A DNA stretch of 64,000 bases from the human T2T-CHM13v2.0 reference genome, Homo sapiens, in NCBI RefSeq assembly GCF_009914755.1, contig NC_060934.1. One strand, written 5' to 3'. A program made the position numbers and the translations under genes. This document shows, one piece after another, positions 25,516 through 38,952 of the stretch (the first letter of the stretch is position 1; the number at the start of each line of letters is the position of its first letter). Under the pieces are notes generated by a model that was not told where the DNA came from, did not search any database, and saw only the letters and a program-made list of their open reading frames with translations.

Positions 25516-26015
25516 GTGCCAGGCACCCTGTTACCCATTTCACAGGCCTGGTTATATTTCATTCACCAACAGTTTTATGAATTAGGCATGATCATCCTTA
25601 TTTCACGATGAGGAAATCGAGGCTCAGAGAGGTTAACCAAGTTGCCAAGGTCACACAGCCAGTACATTGCAGAGTGGGGATTTGTACCCAGTCTCTCTGC
25701 CTGTTACTAGCTGTGTCATTTGGGGCAAGTTACTTGACCTGTGTCCCAGCCTTCTCATCTATAAAATAAGGATAATAACAGTGTCTATTTCACAGGGTTG
25801 TTGTTGATATGTAAAGCATTTGGAATAGTTCCTGGCACAGTTTAAGAGACATAATTGTTAGCTGTTTTTATTACTATTATCCATATTTTGGAGATAAGGT
25901 AACTGAGGCTCAGAGAAGTGAATTGATTTGCCCAAGGTTATACTAACAGTAAGAGGCAGAATTGAAACTGGCCTTGAAGCAGAATTGAAATTGAAGTCAG
26001 GTCTTCAGACCTCAC
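25516..26015. mobile_element. Three adjacent MIRs in -/+/- orientation
   Basis: MIR cores at ~25516-25665 (-), ~25705-25875 (+) and ~25876-26015 (-). Confidence 0.75.
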
Positions 26016-29000
26016 ATCCAGGGCTCTCTCAGCTGGACCTACCTCCTCTCTACTTAGAAATGCAGACTGCTTAGCATCTGATCCCTCGTAACCTGAGTTT
26101 GGGGAGCAAGGGAATTTGTGGAGGGAATGTAGTCCACAACCCACATTGTGAGCAAGTGCTTCCTTCTTCTTCCTGCCTTCCTAACCCAAGGAGGCTTGGA
26201 TAGGAGCAGATCACAAAGAACAAAGCCATCTGGCCTCTGCTCTTCAGAGATCACAGCTTGATTCCAGGCTGGCTGGCCCGTGGCTGCCCCTGTGCTCCTC
26301 ACCTTTCTCATGCTGCACCAGGTACCCCGCCCAGCACAGGGACGCTAGCAGTGGCAGGGCTCTGAGCTGCTTTCTACAAGCCTGACCGCAGAGCCTCAAG
26401 CAACAATCTGGCCTGACTCAGGAGTCAGGAGCCCAAGGGCCTAGATGTTCAGGCACCTGATTGAACAAGGCTGAAAAATCCCTCCAATTAACAGCTAAAA
26501 ATACAGAGGGACACGTGACTCCAGTGCCACCCAAGCCTGCAGGCCACATATCTCATTACGCCTGGCCAAATCCTCGAGAGCCTCCGTGTGCCCGAGCACT
26601 CACCAGAGCATGGCTACTCAGGAGGCCCACTGGCAGCTTAGAGAAGTACCAGGCCCACCCCTGTCACCCACCCCAGGCTGTGCCGGACCCCATTCCAGGA
26701 GAGCTGAGTCCACACTCTCAGAATAGCCATTCTCCTGGGCCCCAACAGCGACCTCCCAGCCTTAGGTGTATCAGCTGTTCTTTTTTGAGCCCTCACTGGG
26801 TTCCAGACATTGTTGTGAGAATTCTATGCAAATTATCTCATGCATTCCCCACACCAGCCATCTCACTATCCCCCGCTTTACAAAGGAAGAACTCAAGAGG
26901 AGTGCAGGATTCCATCCAGGCCACTGCATGTTACTGCCTCCCTTTTCAAGAGCAAGAGGTGGTGAAGCCAGAACTTTCTGTGCTACCCTGACCTGGTTTC
27001 CAAAGTAGAGAAAGAAGACGAGGCACCTCTGAGCTACCTGCTGCAGATTCTGCCTCCAGAATCAGGTTTTTTATGCTGTCAGCCACTATGGGACATAAAA
27101 ATGCTTGTCCATTTCTTATCAATAAACCAATATTGATTTTACAGGCTCTACAAGCCGCTTAAACATTGGGTCTAAGATTCACTGAAAAAGGAAGCTTTAT
27201 ATGAAATATGATGTGCTTAGCAGATGGTGTTGGACGTCATTTCCAAAGAGCAGAAAGTGTAGATGGTGAGCCCTTTTTGCTGGGGGCTTACTTGGAAAGA
27301 ATAGGGAGAGTCTGCAGTTCCAACTTTGGGTCCTGGCGCCACCCTGAATTCCCATGTGACTTTGATCAGGGAATTCAACTTCTTGGAGCCTCAGTTTTCT
27401 CTTCTGTAACATAGGACTTGTGACGTTATGAAGATTCTAGAATTTCACAGCCAGAAAGGAGCTCGGGAGTTTACTTCAGACTAAGCCTCCCCCATCTTGT
27501 GAATGTAGAAACCCACAAAAAATATAAACACACAAAGTACAGGATTCTGAGGAGGTTCCGGGACCCAAGCAGCTGAATCAGATTTGATGTGGTTGAAAAG
27601 GAGGCTGCACTGGTCCCTTTTTAAGGCCTGAGGCTTAGTGAAGCCTTTCTTGGTTCAGAAGAAACACTGACACCTGAGACTTATCAACAACCAACATGCA
27701 GCCGGGTGGGGGACCTGCAGTCAGGGCAGCTGCCACAGTGATTTCAACACCTGCTCCTCTGCCATGGACACCCTGAGCCCTAAAGTGGCTTCTCAGAGGG
27801 TGTGGCAGGATAGGGCCCAGGCTCCAGAGTGACACTGCTAGATGCCATCTGCCTACAGGTTTTCCAGCCAAAAGATGGTGCAAGCAGGTCTTGCTGAAAG
27901 CTTACATTTCTCATTCCCAGGTTGTGCACTCCTATTTATCACCACCACTTCCCTCTAGAGTTTGCAGCAAGCATCATCAGCTGCCTTCCTCGCATGGGGA
28001 AGCAGGAGACCCCTCAGGTGTGTCATAGGGGCTTGCTGAGATCCTCTGAGAAAGGTGGGCCGGCCTGGAACTCCAGCCGCCTGCATCCCCCAGCCTCCAC
28101 CCTAGAGCTCCCACACCTGCCAGGAGGTTCTGCTTCAGCCCATCTGCAGGGATGGGCCCCTCCTCACAAGAGCTAAGCCCAGATTGATCCCAGAGAGGTC
28201 ATTTAGAAAATAACAAACCAAGGAGCCAGACTTGGTTTAGATCTAAGATGACTTTGTGTTGCCCCAGCCCTGAAATCTGGGTCACGTGCACCAGGCCATC
28301 TCCTCCTCCAGGGGGAGCATGATGCCATCGCTACCTCCCTGGGCTCACAGTCCATCCCGTGGACAGGCATGGTGGGAAGGCGGGCTCAGAGCAGCTGGCT
28401 GAGGAGACAAGGGAATAATAACAGCCTCCCCACGCAGCATAAAGCACTTCCACACAGCTTCCAAACTCTTTCAATGAAACCAAAGATTGCAGGCTCAATT
28501 GCCCTCCCAGGCCAGGCAGATCACCTTAAGTAACAGAAGCAGGCTGTGTGTGAGAAGGGCTAGGAGGGAGAGGACAAAAGCAGCCAGAGAACTCAGGCCC
28601 CACTTAACAGGCAGCCACTCCTTGGACGTAGGAATGTGGGCCCAGCTCAGCCAGGGTTCCCAGTGTTTCATCAGAAGCCACCAATTCAAATTTTATATGT
28701 AAAGTCTCTTGCTCAGTTGTTTAGTGAGCCAAATAAAATTCCATGGGCTTTGACCTAAGGATCCCATTTGATCCTCTGGGTCAGATAAAGACAGCAAAAA
28801 GCTGAGACAGGAAACGAGGGCTATTGTTCCCATTCTATGGCTGAGAGACTGAGGCTTAGGGAGAACTGTGCCTCGCCACACAGGGAGGGTGACAGAGGCA
28901 GGCCCAGGCTGAAGATTCAGGCCATCTGGCCAGGCTGGGAGCAGGCCTTTGGTTGGGCCAGGGGCTGTCTCCCACCCACTCCTCTGCCTCTGCCCCCCCG

Positions 29001-29266
29001 CAGAATGTCTCTCCGCAGCAACTCCTCTTTGGAAGCCCCACCTTCAGGGACCTAACATCTTGGCGTTCTTCTCACTGCCACCAGCCCCTGCATGTCATCA
29101 CCACTACCACAGCATCATCACCATCATGCCACCGCTTCCTCCACCCATCACCACTCCTTCCCGGCAGAAATCACAGCAGGCCTTCACTGGGTGCATGGCC
29201 TGAGGGTGGGGGACGGTCTGCAGCTCTGGGGGCCTTCCCTCTAACATTCGTTTCCATGAACCTCAG

Positions 29267-29374
29267 GGCGAACAGAGCCAGGCCAGCATCCAAGGTCCAC
29301 CAGGGCCCCCAGGCCCCCCTGGACCAAGTGGACCTCTGGGGCACCCAGGACTGCCAGGGCCTATGGGGCCACCT
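29267..29374 (+). CDS. COL13A1: Exon, 108 nt, [36 protein letters not shown] (NC2/COL2)
   Basis: ctaac branch point, cctcag|GGCGAA...CCACCT|gtaagt. Confidence 0.97.
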
Positions 29375-31451
29375 GTAAGTATTCCCTTCCTCTCTCCTTC
29401 AAGACTTATCCCAAGAACTCTCTGGAAACCTCCAAACCTTGAATAGGCAGTGGGTCCCCTACAAAAAGCAGAAATGCCTTGGCAGGGCCATTGGATGTGG
29501 GTGAACCATGCAAGGGGCTATTCATCCCCATCACACTCACCACCTGTTGCACTCTGGCTCTGAAACACAACCTGGGCCATGTTCCCTGCCTTCCAGGGAG
29601 GAGACCGCCAATGGCCTGCCTGCCCCGTTCCCAGCCCCAGCAGAGAGGAATTTGGAAAGAGAATTCCCAAGGGCACCTCTGATGGCTATCCCTGAGCCCC
29701 TTAGCAAAACCTGAGTCAGGCAGTGGGTTCTGAAGGAGGTAGTGAGGGGTCATCCAACTACCTGGCACCCCAGTGAACATGCCTTCCAGGGGCGTGTGCA
29801 GGTTTCACACTGCTGGGCCACCTGCCAGCTGAGCTGAAGGTCCAGTCAGCCAAGAGCCCTGCGCCAAGCCTGAGGATGCATCAAGCCTGCGGGGCCTGCA
29901 GGGTCACTGCCTGGAGGACTCCAGAGAGGCCAACTGGCACCTCTCCAGGCTGGACCACATTCAAGTGACAGGTCAAGCCCAGCGGCCACCAAGTCACCCA
30001 TGTTCAAGCCCTGGCTAAGACTCCACTCTTTCCCAGCCCAATTTATACAACAAAGCCCCAGGACAGAATAACTCAGTGGGTACCTGGACTTCAGAGAAAA
30101 CGGGTCTTCCACCCACCCGTAAGACTAATGTTATTGGAGAGGCAGGTAAAGGGCAAAATGCTTTTTAAATAATGTTTTTCCCATGTGGTAGAAAAACCAA
30201 AACAAAACCTGTTTTTCCTTCTTATGACAAAAGCACCATAAATTAATTGTGAAAAGAATGGAACATAGACAAAGAAACATAATGTTTGTGCGCATCTCTG
30301 ATAGTTTTGCTGGAATAGAGTCCCAGAGGTGGAATCACTGGGCAAGGATGTCCCCAACAATTAGCACCCTGTGTGTACGGCCACATTCTAGATGGCCTGT
30401 TTGCATGTCTGGGCCCCTTGGCTGCCCAGCTTTCAATCTCAAAGCTTGTTATAGGGTCTTCCTGGGCCGGGCCACAGCTATGGCCGAACACAGCATCCAC
30501 CTTGGCTGGGAAGGCCAGCACAATGACCCCTGCAATGCTTGACCCCTGAAATGAATTTTAAATTTTTCCACAATTTCGCCCCAGCACCCCAGAGAGGGGG
30601 GTTAGTCTTATTTCCACCAGTTTTTAGATGGGAAAACCTGAAAGGAAGGGAAACTCAGGAAACGGAACCAAACTAAGGCAAGAAAACCAAAAAGTGCTCC
30701 AAATTCACTTTTTGCTGACCGCTGCCCTTTCTACCCCACCCCCCTCCTAACACTTGGGGCTCTCATCCACTGAACCCAAGCCAGGTGGTTTTCTTTGTTA
30801 GGTTGTTTATAACAACAACGACAACCAAAAAAAGAAAACCAGAGAGCATGTTTCTTAACCCAATTGCAATAGACCAGACTCAGGCATCACGGCTTTCTCC
30901 AGCCCACGTTTGCTGTCCACACCTACACCCAAGGCTGCGGTGGAGCCAGCAGCCTTCCCTGGCCTCTCCCTCGGCTCACACCACCTCACTGTGGCCAGCT
31001 GCCATGCCCACAGCACCATGGGCAGAAGGAGACAGAGGGCTCCTCCACTGGCAGGCAGGACCAAGGGCAAAACCGAGGCTTTGTTGGGCAAGGCCGGCTT
31101 TCTAGGGAGGGGTTCCAATTAGGAGGTGGGTGAATGAGGATCTGGACCAAACCACACTGTCAATTTAGCATGATGCTGCTGACCTACTTTCCATGGGTGA
31201 GCACAGCAGAATTGCCCGCGGCCCCCACATGGCTGCAAAGAGGGACATAAGCCTGTTATCCCCACGTGCCCTCAGCAGGTTTCAGATCCCCTTCTAGGAT
31301 CCACTAGAGCTGTTGGCTATAGCATGCCTATTCTCTTGCCATAGCTATTGGGAGCTGCTCTGCCCCTAGGGTCTACTGTAAGTATGGCTAGCCCCAACCA
31401 GCTCTACTCACCTTTTCTTTTTTCTTTTTTTTTTTTTTTTTGCTTCCACAG

Positions 31452-31478
31452 GGCTTACCTGGGCCTCCTGGACCAAAG
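31452..31478 (+). CDS. COL13A1: Exon, 27 nt, GLPGPPGPK
   Basis: poly-T tract, ccacag|GGCTTA...CCAAAG|gtgagt. Confidence 0.97.
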
Positions 31479-32305
31479 GTGAGTGTCCTTCTGGGTGATG
31501 TGTTGAACAGGTGGGAGAATTCCCTGCAGGAGGGAGGGGGAGGCAGCACAGAAGGTGACTGAGGCAGGAGCAGAGAGGGATCTCAGCTGAGAGACAGATC
31601 AAGCTTGACCCACTTACAAAACACCACCCTTCTCAGGAACTAACTTGATTCCAACAAGAATTGCACTTCTTGGGTGCTCACGCCAATGAAGCTAGTGCTA
31701 CGGGCTGGCATTGAAGGCACAGTCCACCCTCTAAGGAGTATAGCGTCTAGCTGGAAACTCTAAGCTCATGCCCAGAACACCGTCACAATATCCCAATAAA
31801 ATAGTGTTTTATAAGGTGTCAGAATGGGAAGAGACCTCTAGGGTAATCCAGTCTCCTGTGAACCCTCACCCAGAAGCCCACAATGTCAAACAGGCTCTCC
31901 CTTTGAAGCTGGGGACCCTGGGGCTCTGGGGACAAGAAGATGCCCAGTGCTGATTGTGCCTAACTATCTTATAAATGCAGAAGCTAAGAGCCCTGTGGGA
32001 AAGTGACTTGTCCATGTTCAATAGAATCAGGTCTCCTGGGTCTCCTGGGTCTCTACCCAAGTGACTCTTCCCACCATTCCTCAGCCTCTGCAAAGTGGAG
32101 CCTGTTCTCAAGAGTAGAACAATCTGTGTTGTCCTCAGAGGAAGCTAAGAGCTATTGCTCCTGGGAAGGCTGGAGATGGGTGTTGAAGGGGCAGTGGAAC
32201 TTGGAGTCATCGAGAGGAAGAGGGATGGTATTGTGTGGGGAACAGCACAAGTCAAAGTTTGGCAGTGGGAAAACCTCTTTAATGGCCTTCTCTTTGTTTT
32301 CCCAG

Positions 32306-32341
32306 GGAGACCCAGGGATCCAGGGCTACCACGGCCGGAAG
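32306..32341 (+). CDS. COL13A1: Exon, 36 nt, GDPGIQGYHGRK
   Basis: ttttcccag|GGAGAC...CGGAAG|gtaaga. Confidence 0.97.
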
Positions 32342-32769
32342 GTAAGATGGAGGGGGAGGACCCAAGTGGGGCAGGACTTTGGACAAATCAGTGGCCTACT
32401 GGACCTCAGACCCAAGAGGGTCTCTCCCTTCCAACCTACGTGGCTGTGCCTGTAGTGAGGCAGGCCAGGTTCTCACTGGCCCCCCGAGGGCCTGATAAGT
32501 GGGAGCCAAATTACTGGGATCCACCTAGGCAGAGTTCTTTCTGTGCTGAGCCAGGATGTAGGACATGGAGGGGTCCAGCTCTTACAGGCCAGAGAGTCAG
32601 AAGCACTCCTGCACAAATAACCCCAGTGAAGGCAGACTTTATTAAGTGCTACTGTCACAAGGCACTGCACGATTACAGGAGGTGGAGAGACAAATTTCAG
32701 GTTGAGAGAAGTTTGGGAAATATTCTGGGAGAAGACAGCCTGAGAACTCAACCTTGATGAATGGGCAGA

Positions 32770-33570
<801 letters not shown>

Positions 33571-33819
33571 GTGGGCCTTCCACTAGAAAATCTGAATGGA
33601 AACAATATTTTAGATAGGTAAACAATTTGAGCAAAGACCCAGAAGCAGTCATTATAATAACTGTAATAGCAATAATAATTTTATGGTAGTCACTACTTAC
33701 TGAACACATACTATGGTCTAGGCACTATCTTTCAACAGAAACTGCATTATTTTTAGCCCTAAAACCACTCTGTGAGGCTGGTATGACTATTCTCCTATTT
33801 AAAAAATGAGAAAACTGTG

Positions 33820-34505
33820 TGTCTTAGTCCATTTCATGTTGCTATAACAGAATACCACAGACTGGGTCATTTATAAAGACAAGAAATTTATTTCTTACCA
33901 TTTTGAAGGCTGGGAAGCCGACAGTCAAGGGGCCCATATCTGGTGAGGACCTTCTTGTGTCATCCCATGGTGGACAGTGGAAGGGCAGGAGAGGGCGAGA
34001 GAACACAAGCAAGAGAAGGCTGGGCTTGCTGTTATAACAAACCCACTGTCGCAATCACACACCCACTCCCACAATAACTAACCCACTTCCATGATAACTA
34101 ACCCACTCCCACAATAACTAACACACTTCCATGATAACTAACCCACTCCCACAATAACTAACCCACTCTCATGATAACTAACCCACCCCCACAATAACTA
34201 ACCCACTCTCACAATAACTAAACCACTCCCATGATAACTAACCCACTCCTGCAATCACAAACCCACACCCATGATAACTAACCCACTCCCACAATAACTA
34301 ACCCACTCTTACAATAACTAATTCACTCCCACAATAACTAACCCGTGATAACTATCCCACTCCCGCGACAGCAACATTAATTTATTCATGAGGGCAGAGC
34401 TATCATAATCTAATCACCTCTTAAAGGTCCCACCTCTCAACACTGTTGCATTGGGGATTAAGTTTCCAACACAAGAGCTATGGGGGACACATTCAAACCA
34501 TAGCA
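33820..34505 (-). mobile_element. MST-type (MaLR) solo LTR with internal minisatellite, inserted in a MIR
   Basis: Termini tgtcttagtcc... and ...gggggacacattcaaaccatagca. Confidence 0.85.
34041..34365. repeat. 20-bp minisatellite (acccactcccacaataacta), about 14-16 copies
   Basis: Direct reading with 20-nt period. Confidence 0.97.
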
Positions 34506-37500
34506 CTGGAGCTCTCCAAAGTCTCCTGGCTCATAAGTGGCAGAGCAGGAGTTCAGTTCCAGGTCTGGGTCCTTCCCATGGTACCACCTGCTGTAAGGAG
34601 TGCAACCCTGCCCTCCAGACCCTGGCTGGGAAGCTGCTAGAGCCTTCCAGGAGGAGAAAAGAGGCAGGAAGGAAAGGCAGCAGCAGGAGAGGGGCAGAAA
34701 TGTTGGGAAGGGAAGAAGCACTCCCTCCAAAGCACATTCCTCGCACACTGCAGTCATGAGGTTGCCATAACCACATGGCTTTATGGGTGCCTGGTGAATG
34801 AAATGGCAAGACCTGAGAGATCTTTAATTAGTTCTACATAAACTAAGACATTTGTATTGTATCAGGAAGTGGAAATCAGCCCCCGCAGTTGCCTCTATCC
34901 ACTCACACAGACTCATAAAATTTACTGCCTCCTGGTGCAACGCGGGATCAGTTTTTCATTAGCAGCAGGGCCAGCTCTTTCAAGCTGTGAAGGAGTTGCA
35001 GGGCAGCAGAGGGTCTCCAGGCATCACGGCGATGCCCTTGGCTGGCATCATACCATGACAGGTGTCTGCATTCTGCTGCAAACTGGAAGAGTGATTCATC
35101 CAGAAGGGGCATGGGGTCTGCTGTCCTGAGTACGGAGAATCCTCTGCTTGGGGTTAGGATGTCCTGACGCTAGAGGGCCTGGTCCCAGGACAGTGGCAAT
35201 CCTAGACTCAGATTGTAGGAAGAAACATGTAACCCAGGCTACATTGAATTTGCAGAGAAGACCAGTGTAGCCCTCCTGATGGGGGAGCACTTCCGGTCCC
35301 CAGGAAGCGGGAGATTTGCTCAGAGCCTCCCTGCTCTAGTGTGGAAGAAGGATCATACTTTCTTTTGCATGACTAGAAGTAGAGCAAGTGCCAATGAATA
35401 AACTCTACAAGAAGAGTAATTCCAGCTCCAGAAGAGGGAGCTTCCTAATCGCCAGATGCCTTGGGAGGGAGGGAGGGAGTTCTGGTCACCAGAGGTGTTC
35501 AATTAGAGGCTGGATAATGACTGGTCTGGGATGTGTTTAGAGAAGTCTCTGTATCAGCTGGGACACTGAAAATCCCTTCCAGCTCAGGGAAGTCATAGCT
35601 TCATGGGGACAGAGTTGGCTCCATAGCCTTAAGAGAGGAGCAGCTCTGAGCCTTGATCCCTGGCCTTGAGAGGAGGCTCTGTCTCTTTGAACCTTCGTCC
35701 ATGTCTTTTCTCCATCCACATCCAGGGCTTGTCAGAAGCATCCCCACTCCTAGGTCTCATGAGGCACTGAGGAGAAGACCCTTCCCCTTCATGCTGGACT
35801 CTTGCCTCCCAACCCTTCTGTCTCTGCCAGACCACCCTCTCTGCTCTTCTCCGGTAGCCTCTTCTCATGGAATCTGGAGGGGCTGTGAGGCCATCATGCC
35901 CCATCACCGCCTCTCTGGGTCACTGGAAGGTTCCCATTGCTTCCACTGCTCCCAACCTGTCACTGAGTCTTTTCAGTAGGTGCCACTGGAGCCACTAGCC
36001 TTGCAAAGCCAACAGCCCATGGCTGGTCTGGGCACCCTTTCCTCTGTTCTGGCCTTTACTCTGCTGGGACCCTTATCTTGCCACTAACTCTCCACTGCCT
36101 CCAAGTCCACCAAAGGTCAGAGGGCTGGCACTGGGAACTATGACCAGCAGCAGGCAGCCTGCCACCAAGGACTTGAGGTCATTCCTTGGGAGGCTATAAA
36201 TGCCTATCCCACTGCCCCAGCCTCACTGGGACAGCAGATATCTTGACCCCCAGTGATCACCATGATCAGGCAGAAGTTTATTTCCCCTCTGAATCTTGAG
36301 ATGAAGTGATTTTTCATCTTTGGGCAGTGCAGCAATATTTCACATCTCTAGTTTAGAAAGTTCATTTATTCCACCTTATTCAGTTCTTACCATGGCTCAG
36401 TGGTTAGAACTCATCCTGATTGTCTAAATGAGAGAGACTTTGCCCAAGGTTGCACAGCTAGTAAACAGCCATGCTGGAATTTGAAACCAGGCCTCATCAA
36501 GCCCTGTGGCCAGTCTGTCTTTGCACCCTGGTGCAGAAGTTGAATATCTGCTCAGGGGACTCACCCCAGGCTAAGCTAACTGCACAGACCAACCCTCCCA
36601 ACCTCCACCTACTAATGGTTTCTTTGGGATGTGGAGGGCTGTCCCCCTACCTCCCTTCTATTGCCCATCAGTCCTCTCTTTTATTCTCTCCTCCATGCTC
36701 TGCTCTCTGCTTGGAGTAAGGCCTACGGAGGAGGCACTAACACGAAGGGTGGCTTGGTCTCAGGGGCTGGGAAGATGAGTTTGGCCTCCCCTACCACCCT
36801 GGGGAGGAGCAGTGCCAGCAGCTGGGGATGCCAAGCTGAGACAGGGGCCATGTGACTGCCTCTTGAGGTCAGGATGTGAGCGGGACCTGTGGGGTAACTG
36901 ATGGGCCCCCCACATGAGCTTCCTTGCTTCACCCCAGAGATCTGACCCACTTGGAGGGACACCTTTCTGACACCACAGGCTCTCAGTCTATGAAGTTTGC
37001 TAATGTCCACCACCACCCCCAGCAGCTGGACTGGGCCTGGTATCCTCTTAAAAGCCAGCCAGACCCGCAAGGCAGGCTTCTCCATCAGTTCCTTGAGATC
37101 AAAGCCCAGTGTGGCCAGCAGCCCCTGTGCTGCCCCCATGCCCCAGTCAGGGCCAGCCCTCCTGCCTAGACACTGCGAGTATTGTTGTGCACCCATGTGG
37201 TATCTATTTGATCCAAATTTATGACACTGATCTACTTTAAATATGTTGCAAGATGCAAAGCGTGTTTAAAACATTACAACCTTGGCTCTCTTTCAAGGGG
37301 GTTGACGAGTATTGTCAGATTGTGTGTGGATCACAAAACCTGGTGAGAGCTTATCTTTTAAGTACGCAGAACTGGTCTGTCTGTCTCACTTTGGGGGCGC
37401 ATTTGATGCCTGTGGTGGCCTGGATGTTAAGCCTCATGGTTTGCATGAAGGACCATGGCTGAAACACACATTCCCCTCTTTCAGGCTGTGGGTTTCAGAC

Positions 37501-38820
37501 CAGAGGAGGAAATGAGAGCTTCAGGCTAGAGCTGTTTGCAACTGCAGCTACCCCTCCTGGAGGCCAGTGGGGCTCCCCAGAAACAGGAATGCCCTGGGGA
37601 GGAGAGTGGATGGGCCCTATGATGAGATGGCTAGAGGGCTGGGGAAGGGCACAGGGACAGAAGCCCACCCACCCAGCCATCTCAGCCTTCATTCTGTGGC
37701 TGTGCTGGCCCTTCCCCTTGCCCCTTCTCAATGCTTCAGCCAAAGGGCATGAGGATTCTGATCTGCCAGCCAGAGCAAGGGCCCGTGTGGTGGACACACT
37801 TCTGTAGAATGATAACTCGTGCAATTGTAACTACCTTACTGGCTTCTTCAACAAGCCAGGCTGTGTACTAGGCACTTTGCATGCATCAACTTATTGAATC
37901 CTTGTAACAACCCTGTGAGGTAGGTTTTACTCAATTCCCAACTTATGGATGAGCATACTGAGGTTCACAGAGGCCATTTTCCCCGAGGTCCACAGCTAGG
38001 AAATAGAGAAGCCAGGTCTGTGTGATCCCAAAGCCTTGCTCTGAATGGCTTTACTATCTGCCTCTTAGCAGCCCTGGGGGACCCCATGATGATTTCCAGT
38101 AGACCTTCCCCCATACCCCTCCATGAATGGAAGGAAAGGAGGTGGCAGCTGAGCTGTTTTCGTTCTTGTAAGAGAAGGCTGGATTCAGGCCTTTCTCTGA
38201 GTCTCCAGGCTCCCTGGGAGCATGTCTGCGGAGTCTGCAGCAGAGAACAGGGAGTACTTGGTGTGTTGCTCTTGCCAAAGAATTAAGGAAGTGGAGTGCT
38301 TTGCCCATTGGCACTGACTCCATCCAAATAAGTCCCTCAGGGAGTTGGGATGGTTTCAGGACTCCCAATAAAGCCTGGAGGAGGCAGCTTGCCCCAACCT
38401 TCCACGACAGCTATTCCTGAAACCTTCCTGCACCCCTCCGGCTCCTGTAGGACCTGAGTAGCCCATGCGGTTCCCACTCCCACTGAGTGCTCCGTGCAGA
38501 TGGAAGCCCTAGATGCAGGAGCCTGCTAGTGCGGGGACAGCATTTTCTTTGAAAGCTGTGAAATCCTAGTGGGGACCATTCGCATTAAAGATAAGAAAAC
38601 TAAGATCTGGGCCTCTGATCTGAGACCTTGTGGAGACTAAAGCGACCCCAGCCCCCACCCTGAGCACTCTGGGCTTTGTTTTTCATGCACTCCAAAGTCC
38701 AAGATTAATTAGAGCTGACTTTTCTTTTTGGAACTAACTACAAAATCAACCGATCTCAAATTGAGATTATAAGCCAGCTGCCCTTCCAAAGCCCTGGCCT
38801 TCAATGGGGCACCCGACCCC

Positions 38821-38952
38821 GGTAATTCCCCGGATCACTTCCTGCCGGCCCTAATTACAGGAGGAACTAGGATTTCCGCGGTTCCGGTCCTCTCTGGTGT
38901 GGAAGATGGCTGTAGCAGGGAAGCAGGAACTGAGCTGCCTTTTTCCCGGAAG
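38821..38952. promoter_or_regulatory. Candidate intronic enhancer (ETS/N-box, STAT and NF-kB-like motifs)
   Basis: CACTTCCTG 38836, TTCCGG 38882, TTCCCGGAAG 38943, GGTAATTCCCC 38821; locally CpG-retaining; motif evidence only. Confidence 0.35.

Noticed and set aside
32030-32060. GLL-GLL-GLY collagen-like reading
   Set aside because: A 9-nt tandem repeat; no AG ahead of the Gly codon in phase 0 and no pyrimidine tract
34041-34365. Regular 20-bp array considered as CRISPR-like or telomere-like
   Set aside because: Head-to-tail units with no unique spacers, inside a mammalian LTR; not TTAGGG
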